The notes under the pieces were generated by a model. It had not been told where the DNA came from. It worked only from the letters and a program-made list of their open reading frames with translations, and made no database searches. The translations under genes were made by a program, and so were the position numbers. A stretch of DNA of 64,000 nucleotides from Giardia intestinalis (Eukaryota), in assembly GCA_000002435.2 (NCBI GenBank), contig CM018791.1, one strand, 5' to 3'. Positions 9,501-18,800 of this stretch are shown piece after piece. Every line of letters starts with the position of its first letter. Within the stretch, counting starts at the first letter, position 1.

Positions 9501-12077
9501 CTGGCTTGGTGCAAGAAGGTGAGTACGAGCAGCGATGAGGGCATAGCTAGTACGGGCGAATAGCGCTGTAAGCTTTAGTAATGATGTGGTCATAAAACAC
9601 AACGTCTTGGTGTATTTAAACGCATCCTCAGTGGAGATGGTGGGCTTGGATGTGCTCTCTGCGCCGTCAGAGTCCCCCGTAAAGATGTCACTGCTCTCAC
9701 TAGAAGTGGTAAGAGAACCAGAGGCCCGAGAGGAAAATAGAACTGGGTAGCTGCCTAGCTGCTTATAGAAAAAGGAAAGGATGTTGTTGTCAAAGGATGA
9801 AGCAATTGATTCGGCAATGATCATATATGTCTGCTCAGCAGCCACTAAGGATATGGACGAAAGCTCTTTCGTATATCGGCGCCGAAGTATATTCAGCGGA
9901 ACAAGCACAGCTTCACACGCATGGCTTCCAATCGCTGAGTAGGCACCAGAAGCTATCTTAGCCAAGTGACAATCATAGTTTGTTGTCTCTTGGTAGTCAG
10001 CCGAGGTGGCAATCAGGTCAAACATCGTCTTTACAGTCATACCAACCTGCGCTCCCAAGGCCTGGAAGAATAGTAGCACCTCTGTTGCAACGCCTAGCTC
10101 ACGCACGCTGTCAGAGGATTGGTTGGGGTTGAGCTCATCACTGAGCCCTTCCTGGAGCTCCTTTGCCTCAAGAGGAGAGGAAGAAAGCAGGAGCTGCTTA
10201 AGCAATCTATAGCTTTCAAGAGTATAAGAGAGAAAAGATATTGTATTGATTTGTGGAGTAAACTTTGGATTGGCCATATAATTGTTACTTCTATCTAGAT
10301 TGATATGTGCCGATACAGGAGGAGTCTCACGTACCAGCTGGCAAGCAGAAATGGTGTGAGTGGACAGCGCCCATCGCTCTGGGTATTCAATCGTAAGCTT
10401 GTTGAATGGAAGAACTATCTGGAAGATGGTTAGCTTGTGTGCAAATCTGAATGCCAGGAAGCGTCCACCAAGGAACTCAAAGCTAATATCTTTGCCAGCG
10501 AGAGAGCTAGATGATGTTGCAAAAGATATCATGGGTCCGCTGGCGACAGCTGCGGAAGTGATATCCTTCAGGTCGACACGAAATAAAACCCCATAGATGG
10601 CACCGAAGATGAAGACTCCGGCGTATCTCATGCAGTAAATGGCTCCGTCAAGACTCCAGCTGATGCGGACAGGCTCCAACGAACAGGAGCGAAGTAGGTG
10701 AGGCATATAGGCCTGCATAATTGCGTGCAAATTGTGGGTCATCACATATGACCCGTTATCTGTTTCTAACCATTGTACGTAGCTGCTTAACAAATTGCTA
10801 AAGTGTGCATCAAACGATGGCATGAGTTGCAGGCAATTACACCGACACGGCATGGGGACTGGTTCATTAGAAGCCTTCTTCTCCATTACTGTGCCCAGAT
10901 TCGTGTTCGGAACAATGGACAGACTTGGCAAAGGTTCACCCTTAGAGTCCATTTCTAGACCAGCTGAGGAGCAGCCTCGACACCCATGTGAGGCACGAGT
11001 GTCCTGTCGCTGGCGCGCACCCATAAAATGGTTGGCTGGGGACCAGCTCCAGGCCAGCTGTCTGACACGCCTTACTGAATTGTTGACATGTAGCACAGGA
11101 ATGCTGAAATGTAGCCCGCTATACACCAAGACAGCAAAGGCTCCAAATGGGGAGATGGAGCAGCTAAGAGAAAGAGGCACTGTGGAATCAAAAGTCACTC
11201 GGAAGGTGATCGTTGGCATCTGACGGAGAGTCCAGGTCCTCCTCACACCGCCTCGCAATGCCAAATCGTCAATGGTGCAAGGAGAGCAGGAATAGATACA
11301 CCTCTCTAAGCTAAGCTCTGTGTGACTGCCAACCGCCCGAACCACGATTAGAGTAGAGTCACACTGCAGATAGTTATCGGAGTCAGGAGGAAAGCAGCAA
11401 TCGTATGCAACAACGTAAGGAGCCGCCTGCGCTTTTGATTCTCCGCAGTGCGATAGCATGCTAAAGGGGCTTGTGAAGAAGTAAGTGTAAGGCCTTCCAG
11501 GCAGAAACTCCACGTGGTCAAGAATGGCCACCTCCCCGCTTTCGTGGATGATGCAGATATCCCCATAATCACTAACAGAGCAGGCTATGATGTCGTCCTC
11601 TGGTGATAGTATAGGGCATCTAAAGCTCGCGGCATGTAGACGTGCGTTACGAGGGCGCATTTTGAGTAGCTTATGATAGAAGCGCTCTGTGTTAATGGTA
11701 GATATCGGAGTCTTTGTCTTCCAAGGCGGAATAATTAAGACCAAGTCTGAATGAAGAATGATGGAATGGTTGCAGAGGATAGAAATATTGACACTTTTGT
11801 TGGGTGAAATGGCAGTCATCTTGACCAAATTGTAGGGAACGCTGGACATTAGCAACGAGCTGATCAAGCGGATGGCTACTGGCTCCTGAGGGTCATAGCG
11901 GTCTTCAAGGCGGGCATCCCCAGGTGACCATGTCGTGATATGTGTCGAGAAGTAGGTGCCCAACAGGAACTGCGCCACTGCTTGGGGATCTGCGTCCTGG
12001 CACATGAGACTCCGGTCAGTGGGGGTCATGAGTTGCTCGAGAGCCCGGATGTAGAGCGGCTCTGCTTCTGAAGTCAT
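6516..12077 (-). CDS. large hypothetical protein (1853 aa) with a C-terminal proline-rich tract
   Basis: An uninterrupted 5.5-kb ORF with an ATG start at 12077. Near the C-terminus it carries a poly-proline tract (…PPPPPLPPSSIPLSQHPSQPPPLPPPPRSAGPPAPAPTSVPAPAPPFPFYPQPP…, about nt 7440-7650) and a short C-terminal coiled coil. No catalytic motif recognised. Confidence 0.5.
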   Translation of the reverse strand: MTSEAEPLYIRALEQLMTPTDRSLMCQDADPQAVAQFLLGTYFSTHITTWSPGDARLEDRYDPQEPVAIRLISSLLMSSVPYNLVKMTAISPNKSVNISILCNHSIILHSDLVLIIPPWKTKTPISTINTERFYHKLLKMRPRNARLHAASFRCPILSPEDDIIACSVSDYGDICIIHESGEVAILDHVEFLPGRPYTYFFTSPFSMLSHCGESKAQAAPYVVAYDCCFPPDSDNYLQCDSTLIVVRAVGSHTELSLERCIYSCSPCTIDDLALRGGVRRTWTLRQMPTITFRVTFDSTVPLSLSCSISPFGAFAVLVYSGLHFSIPVLHVNNSVRRVRQLAWSWSPANHFMGARQRQDTRASHGCRGCSSAGLEMDSKGEPLPSLSIVPNTNLGTVMEKKASNEPVPMPCRCNCLQLMPSFDAHFSNLLSSYVQWLETDNGSYVMTHNLHAIMQAYMPHLLRSCSLEPVRISWSLDGAIYCMRYAGVFIFGAIYGVLFRVDLKDITSAAVASGPMISFATSSSSLAGKDISFEFLGGRFLAFRFAHKLTIFQIVLPFNKLTIEYPERWALSTHTISACQLVRETPPVSAHINLDRSNNYMANPKFTPQINTISFLSYTLESYRLLKQLLLSSSPLEAKELQEGLSDELNPNQSSDSVRELGVATEVLLFFQALGAQVGMTVKTMFDLIATSADYQETTNYDCHLAKIASGAYSAIGSHACEAVLVPLNILRRRYTKELSSISLVAAEQTYMIIAESIASSFDNNILSFFYKQLGSYPVLFSSRASGSLTTSSESSDIFTGDSDGAESTSKPTISTEDAFKYTKTLCFMTTSLLKLTALFARTSYALIAARTHLLAPSQPHQLPYKSIGSVGYTIPASTCLFLACGYCCLTYDNCVYQALCFEAKDPAHRELVQKAAFFLLCIHALAKQLQFYFLDSAAVQMLSILVPQNYTSSSGSFNKPKNVAVPLLPLYIINAYFPSLEPFSVLQSSSLTLEKRFVGASEGGQSRFVPESIIYSYGYLFTGTSICKLDAPNGPCNRFYLQSVLNVIRDYNPFWPQDIGCRMTTHKSLAVAQESSTPTHAQVLYAAYVAGRTGRFLAVVAYLLRLSGDSDYCGPSPSFSDTAIQTASSTAHLTEVQCSVLAKVLAICDIAKDRSPLAHADVDFLLTLRARADTTLLDSLIFFLLYVTAYNVLPDFNYLLTFQRHVYTEPRCHCGPPPAAPLSSFGIAGRVRYSFTFPDTTYVDNLPPTIQPLFTPLCVALLLLAIGRLEDGIFLLAREGYYSVAIHLLRCFLTSFSAISSKALETVTCSKSASLIDQSPVDENEKRRIMNIYVCKMSNLERLCSELETNQNALSRMCGPQRDSIKEISYYIMPDQASEVLQPKPSGSTSQAKHQQPRQDVTRSHDVPFEAKIPLISKERVLDMDDFHINRSPEIGEVLSTSAVKIDDVAIEKHIASELDITAPTSKNQRSPISINPLQHAKSLPPPPPLPPSSIPLSQHPSQPPPLPPPPRSAGPPAPAPTSVPAPAPPFPFYPQPPSVKIPPPMHYGYNRANNLPPNPGYSLTSNVSRPVVYSFRPQLSRPVSSRSAQRPLSVLTTSQIRPQSAYLPTAPGPNAITLPVHMPFAGVPGHSAGSLAIHQPRILEPQHVVSQLQPYGGNLNLPNYPAIQVISTPQVPPAFQQQPYAQAKPQDMEKLEQPSSQASSSKPAPQKQTRMQPQVQSIEISSMANGSTLSINDPYPPRQPVNHQMCSNIGLEDNTPPIFSSGISTSGIDLGTQDYRNMAQYLHAAAPKRPEVPAKHRPHSNIRWMDISRNIEEIDQLTAAAQGTMNYLQALTKEVEGNEQRLLRAKY

Positions 12078-12245
12078 GTTTCAATGCAGCTGCCACTAGC
12101 GGAAGAAAGAAGCCTAGAAGTGCAGTCTCTCTGGTAGCTCGAACGCCTCGAAGGTGGCAGATATTTGATGGTGCTTTTGAGATATAGTCACATTTGAAAT
12201 GAAAAATTTACACAAATACTTGCAGGAGCTACGTCCTGCGTTGTC

Positions 12246-15200
12246 ATGCAGCCCTCGCTCAAACGATCCACCAACATAAGTAGTCTGGCATCACGGCAAC
12301 GTGTGTACGTGAAGATCTTTCAACGATTGCGACCGCACACGCTCATTCACCTCATAACGACATCCCAAACGTTTTATACGCTCGTTACCAACTATATAAA
12401 CAGTGGTTCATTAACCTATATTGCATCGGAAAGCCATCAAGCAGAAGATCTCCGAGCATGGCTTGGCCTGTTGAAAGTGCTCATGATATCTCCAAAGACT
12501 AGCCTAGTGCTCCCCAGATTCTTTTCCGTCACCAACATTTTAATGGAAAACCTAGATCGTCAGTACTACATCTCCTTGCTGCTCGAAGTAGTGACAGGAC
12601 TTTTATTGCGGTCGAAAACCTTTCTTTCAGAATTGCATTGCAATCTTGATTTAAGCTGCGACATTCTATTCAAGATCTTGCAAGAATTGAACCTCCGCGT
12701 GCTTGTCTTTCACCGACCCTACAAAGAGTTGTCTCGAGAATACTATCTAGAGTTCAATAGAATTTTACAATCCTTTACATTAAGCACCGATAGTTTCTGG
12801 AATAGCGAGTACAGCTCTAATCCGCAGATCAAGGCCCTGGATGACGTTGCCACAGAGGTGTTCCACGTCTGCCGCAATCTGACCTCTCTCACTATACCGG
12901 CACGTGTCATGGATTTCATTCTGCCAAACAGCCTAGAAATGCAAATTCTCGACGAGGACTACGAGATCAACCTGACTCATCTTTCAACGGTACTTGTTGT
13001 GCGGGCTGGAGACCTTGAGCACGAGCGTGTTCTTTCCCTGCAGTGCCACTTCTACAAGCATCTCCTCTCGCTGACACTCGACATGGAACAAATCCCAGGT
13101 GTTAATCACCTCTTCCTGACGCACAGACATCTCCAGCGACTCGCTTTATATTCCTCAACTGGATTGGTGGAATGTCCACTGCTGGTGTTCCCCTCGCTGC
13201 GGAAGGTTACCATAGAGCTCCGGCCTTTAGAGCAAGAGCATGCGGGTGTTGACAAATTCATAGGTGTATTCTTGACTATGGAGGCATTCATCTCCCTGTT
13301 TGCTAATTCTATCAACATATCATACATAAATGCAGTGTATTCGGACCAGATAACGAAAACGGACATCACAGAAAAGTTATATGGTTTACGATATGAATCT
13401 CTAACATTTCTGCGGTTACGGTTTTTCCCAGTCAAGTCGGAGGAGCTGGAAAGGCACGGGATAACATCTGCAGCTCTTGCACGTCTTGCACACAAGATGC
13501 CACGACTCCGAAAGCTGACCTTGTCTGGCTTCAGAGACATGCTTGGTGACACTCACGTGGCATGCATTCTGAAGAGCTGTCCTTTCTTGGAAGAACTATC
13601 TTTAACGGGTAGACATGACGTACTCCCTAACACCAAGCCATACATCTGCTCGTGCAACACACAGCTTCTGTGGCATTCGCAGTCGGAGACAGCTGAGTCC
13701 CTGGATGGGTCAAGTGAGCACTCGACTGTATACACTGCATATAACCGACACTTCCATCGAGAGGCGACATGTAAGTCTAGCATGTTGGTTGCCGCAGAAC
13801 ATCCCCCCTGCTGGACAGGACCTGCCGAAGAATCTCAGGAGCCGGCTAGCCCCTATCTCACATCCAAGCTCGCCGTTCTAAAATTGAAACAGATCTATAT
13901 CACCGACGTAACCTTTATCAATCTGTATTTGCTAGGGGCCGGAGACAGTTTGAAAGTACTATGGATTGATGCACTTCCACGCATATCTTCTATTGGTGTA
14001 GGTTTACTGATTAATCAGGTGCTGCTATATGGACCTCTGTTAACCACTCCTGTGCGCCAGATCCCCACCCAGCCAGCAGATTTCTCTGACCAAGTATACA
14101 CCTCTCTGACCAAACGTGCCCTCTCAGAACACAATGAGAGGTACGTAAGGGGGCTGTGTTCGGATTTGTGCTCGGATGCAGAGTCGATTGAGGAGTCTTC
14201 GCCAAGCTCACATTCAGAGTGTACAACGACGATCACTCCTACGCATGATAAAGCCAGTGAAGCACTCGACAACTTAACTGATTGTACGGCCAAAACCAGT
14301 ACCGCACTTAGCACCTCTTTTGATATAGATTCCCTATCAGCTATTTACAAAGAGACAGTCTTGACAGAAAGGGTTAGAGATTGGTGGGTCAAACGACTTC
14401 AAAGGCTGGACAAACACATCTGCAGATACCAAGAACTTTTGAAGGCACAGCGGGACAGGCAAACCCTACTTAAAATCACAAATCTATCCTTCAGCGACTC
14501 ATATCTACCGCTCTATCACGTCCCCAAATATGATATTGCATTTATAAGCGAGTCTGAACCTGTCATTGATAGCAGTCAGCCATATATAAACTATGTAAGT
14601 GGCCCATATGATCAATTAGAGTACGATGCTGTACTAACTATGTCCTCATTCTCATCGCTAGACAATGAAAAAGATAAACCTCAATCTGACTCTCTTCATG
14701 CCAATTTGTCGACGCATAGATTTAACGACTCCGTTAGTCATATAAACGTTGGACTCAAAGGTTCGTCAGAAGCGTACAGTCCACACATGGCCTTTGTCAT
14801 CTTCAGGACAAAGCATCAACCGTTTATCTCTATGCGCTATCCTCGGCTCAATGCCGATTCAATATACTCTCTATTTAGTGCGCATGGGGTATGTCGACGA
14901 ACCTTCAAGAAGATCGTGGGCCAGAACAATACAGGTACTCTCGGGGCCCAGTACCGCATCGTATATGATTCGGCCTTACAGACTGTAAGTACGATTGAGT
15001 GGACGTCATTCACCCCGCTACAATCAAGAGACATCTCCATTGCTGATGCGACGTTTTTTCCACTGGCGCATAAGCTAGCGAAAGATAAGACAATGCCTCT
15101 TCCTGCTACCCTGTTGTCATGGATCCTCTCGGAATACTTTGAGTCTAGTGCTCTTGAAAAGGTCAGCGTGGCAAACTGCGAGTTGGTAGATGGTAACTTA

Positions 15201-15449
15201 GTAACGTCACTGGCTACAACAAATACGCAGTCACTCCACTCTCTTCAACTGAAGCTCCTTTTCCCCGTTCATCACACAGCGTTCCATACCCTTGTCCTAC
15301 ACCACAGCCACAGCCTAAGGTACCTCTATCTACTTCCCTTCTCTTCCGAATCGGAAAATGAAAAATTTATTGATGCGGTGAAACAGATCTCTAATATACT
15401 CACGATAGATTTAGATTGGAAGACGGAGAGGAGCCTTCTATTTATTTAG
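12246..15449 (+). CDS. hypothetical protein, possible F-box/LRR-like
   Basis: A 1067-aa ORF with an ATG start. The N-terminal stretch VYVKIFQRLRPHTLIHLITTSQTFYTLV resembles an F-box. The internal segment …MPRLRKLTLSGFRDMLGDTHVACILKSCPFLEELSLTG… resembles cysteine-containing leucine-rich repeats (FBXL-type). Confidence 0.35.
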   Translation: MQPSLKRSTNISSLASRQRVYVKIFQRLRPHTLIHLITTSQTFYTLVTNYINSGSLTYIASESHQAEDLRAWLGLLKVLMISPKTSLVLPRFFSVTNILMENLDRQYYISLLLEVVTGLLLRSKTFLSELHCNLDLSCDILFKILQELNLRVLVFHRPYKELSREYYLEFNRILQSFTLSTDSFWNSEYSSNPQIKALDDVATEVFHVCRNLTSLTIPARVMDFILPNSLEMQILDEDYEINLTHLSTVLVVRAGDLEHERVLSLQCHFYKHLLSLTLDMEQIPGVNHLFLTHRHLQRLALYSSTGLVECPLLVFPSLRKVTIELRPLEQEHAGVDKFIGVFLTMEAFISLFANSINISYINAVYSDQITKTDITEKLYGLRYESLTFLRLRFFPVKSEELERHGITSAALARLAHKMPRLRKLTLSGFRDMLGDTHVACILKSCPFLEELSLTGRHDVLPNTKPYICSCNTQLLWHSQSETAESLDGSSEHSTVYTAYNRHFHREATCKSSMLVAAEHPPCWTGPAEESQEPASPYLTSKLAVLKLKQIYITDVTFINLYLLGAGDSLKVLWIDALPRISSIGVGLLINQVLLYGPLLTTPVRQIPTQPADFSDQVYTSLTKRALSEHNERYVRGLCSDLCSDAESIEESSPSSHSECTTTITPTHDKASEALDNLTDCTAKTSTALSTSFDIDSLSAIYKETVLTERVRDWWVKRLQRLDKHICRYQELLKAQRDRQTLLKITNLSFSDSYLPLYHVPKYDIAFISESEPVIDSSQPYINYVSGPYDQLEYDAVLTMSSFSSLDNEKDKPQSDSLHANLSTHRFNDSVSHINVGLKGSSEAYSPHMAFVIFRTKHQPFISMRYPRLNADSIYSLFSAHGVCRRTFKKIVGQNNTGTLGAQYRIVYDSALQTVSTIEWTSFTPLQSRDISIADATFFPLAHKLAKDKTMPLPATLLSWILSEYFESSALEKVSVANCELVDGNLVTSLATTNTQSLHSLQLKLLFPVHHTAFHTLVLHHSHSLRYLYLLPFSSESENEKFIDAVKQISNILTIDLDWKTERSLLFI

Positions 15450-15815
15450 CGGGCTGCTATGCTGTGTACCCAGTACGCTGGTTTATAAAAATATCCTCTC
15501 TAGATCCCCGCAAAATTGATGTTAAGGCAATAAATGGTATGAAATATTAAAACTTTTAAGGTTTTTTTGCAATATTGAATTGTAATTTTGATTAGTAAAT
15601 TGAAGTGGATAGAATTGTATAAAGAGTGGAAGGCGAGTAGATTGCAGACCACTTTTTACAATCCTGTGTCTTTATCTTAGAAGATTTAATATGGCGCCAA
15701 GGCAATACATGGTTTAGCACTGAAGGCTATAAGTAAATGCTTAACGATAGTCATACTGTACTGTGAACCTGAACCGAAAAAACTAACTTGAGCCAAAAGA
15801 AGGGTGCAGGAGAAA

Positions 15816-18800
15816 ATGAGAGGCTCGTCTCCTTCACAATATAGGAAAACTGGGTTGAGTGCACAGCTTGCTGCACCCCCACAGCCACTCCAAAGACCTG
15901 AAGACTGGGCTTTACCAGACAGCCAGTCTGCCGCTCGCGTCAACGCGACTAGAATTCCAGAGCATTATTGGCGGGTTCCTAAGGATACTCTGACATACGT
16001 TAATGGTGTACCTATGCGACAAACAGATGCCGACACAATTTTTCCATCGAGTGAGCCGCGGACAGAGGCAGAGCGTTTATGGTTGTACAACTTTTCTTCC
16101 GACGTCCTGAGTCATGTGACAGGCCGTGCGTCATACTTAAATCTCAACAAAGAGGGAGACATTCGATTTGTACTGCACGGGATTAATCTTCTCCAAATCT
16201 TCTGCTTTGAAATATCGCGACATGTGGCCTGCATAACGCTTGACAAGCAGACGTATCCTTATGAGAAACTGGCTGAACTACTTGTTTCTATCTCCCACTC
16301 ACTCCAAGGCCTAAATGAGAATCTGACCCATTACGCAGCAAATGAGGCATCACATGCGCCATTACTATCGGATCTTTCTAACTTTTATCGATACACTAGT
16401 CCGGGAACAGATATCACTAACTTATATGCAGACGTCCGATCAACCACAGCCATAGACACAGAGACATCATTGGCCCTTATAACAGAGTTAGAGCGGCGTC
16501 TCAGCGAGGAAAAGGAGAGCGCGAAGAAGCGCGAGACTGAATTAGAACAACGAATCAAGTCCCTAGAATCAGAGCTTGCTGCCCAGAAGAAGAACTCCTC
16601 CCGGTTAGAGCTAGAGCTCAGTGCCACCAAGACTATCAGAACAAACATCACATCAACACACTCATTAGGGAAGGGCCTCAGTGCTAGCGCGAGCAATTTG
16701 GCCCAAGGCTCCTCTGCCCCAGGAATATCTGCAGAAGATTCTTTAACAGACCTGAAGCCCCATGCGGCAAGAAAGCCACATAGCCTGAACACTGATATGA
16801 TAACAACGAACATCTACTCCTCATTTGCCCCAGCTCCAGCTCCAATGACTCAAGCATCTTCCTCAATCAGACTTTTGCCCCAAAACGTCACAGATATATA
16901 TGGGAACATTAGCACAATGTCTATGCAGCGTAGCCAGCCTCGTGGAGAAGGAGCAGTCCTCCAGCGCATCAGCGAGATGCCGGTTTCACACAATCTCACC
17001 GGGCAGCAGACTCTTGGAGACGGTGCTGATTACACGGTGCTACGTAGCTGCACAGGTGGGTCTCAAAGGATGCTTGATCGCTTTGGAAAGCGAGAAGCTG
17101 ACCTGGATCACGTAGAGACTGTCCCAAGCACGCTTGAGGTGTCCAACTGTCGTGACTCCAGCAGGATTGAGCTCCATAGCGGAAGGACAGACCCGTCACA
17201 GAGGTCGTCAGCCATCTTTCAAACTATAGGCAACCTAATGTCTGCACAGCTAACGGCGTCACATCGCATTCCCAGTCGTCCCCAAACGGCCCCAGACCCA
17301 GAGTATCCTAGTCTTTCTTACAGGAGCACACAAGAAATCGGGCCGTCCGTCAATTCATCAATAGATATAACAAGGTTACAACGGAAAAACTGGGCTGATG
17401 TAACAATGAAAGACACCAGAGGGAGGGCATCTGAAAAGCTCATCAACAGCTCCGGACACCAAGACGTACCTGATCCCACCGCTACTCTTGTTCTTCCAAA
17501 GGGCTTAGCAAGCGCTGCATCCAAGTTTTTAGGGGCTATCATGAGCCTTGATGAAGATGACGCCTGGAGGCTGGAGGCCAACCTAACCCGTCAACTGACA
17601 AGGAATACATTAGACACGCCCTTAGCAGGAACTTACAATAAGGACCTTGGCCATGTACTGCTACGACAATCGAATGATACCCAAGCCTTTTCATTACTTA
17701 ATCCTATATGCATGTCACACGAAAAAGCTATCGGAGAAATAGATTTATCTGCAGATAATTTCAGAATTACGTTTCGAGCTATTCCAGAAGTAGCCTCGGG
17801 GCAGAAATCACTTTTTTCCGGCCAAGTCGCACAAGGTTGGACAGACGATTATTTACAGCAATATATGCGTGAAGTGGATCTTACCAATACTGGCACACAT
17901 TCGTCTCGACCGCTACTGCTCAGCGGCCATTCTAATTCCTTGCCGGCCGCGTCTTCATCCCTCGCTGTCTTCAACAACTCGATTGAATCAGGAATAGTAG
18001 AACCCCAACATACTCTTCCACAACCACTAAAGTCTGCTGTTGGACGTCATATTCCCATCCTGAGCAAAAATCGCTATATAAACCCTGAGGTGAGGCCCAA
18101 GACTAGTTTGAAGCCAGCAAGAATGTCCAAACGTTCCTCTACCAGTACATCACCAACAAGGCATAATATGTCTACTGACCCCGTGGCTGAGGTAGAGGCT
18201 GACAATCTTCCTCCCAACCAGTCAGCGCACGAGTTCATTACCGAGGCAGATGCGTTCCAGGGGATGATAGCTCTGGGAGAAAAAGATATGTCGCCAGCAC
18301 TTGCAGATCCCTCTGCACATACAGTTACATGCAGAACTCTTTATTCTAAGACGCGAGCAGAGCTACACACTATTTATCGACATATCTACTCCTTAAGGAG
18401 CACAGGAAGTGACACCTCAGTGGCTGATCGAGGCTCAGAAGAAAAGATCCTTTTGCAACCTCGCTACATAAGCCAGTATACAAAGATAGTTGATGCCCTG
18501 CTGCAAACAGAGAACGGATTGCAATCAATCCCCTTCATAAAGGGCCCATCTTATCTAGAGTCACAGTATGGACAGAGTGATCAGAAGAAGGAGTCTATCA
18601 TGCTTCTAACACGAAAGCTCTTTTGTAGTGACTCAATTTTCTCATTCACTACCAATGATAACATTTTTCAGGCTTTGAACGAGCGTATTGCTACTGTTTC
18701 TCAACAAGAGCTCCGAGACGTTTTATGGTGTGACTTTCTCACACAATGGAATTCACTGACCAACGGTATTACTGGACAAGAGACAAAGCAAGCTGCCCTA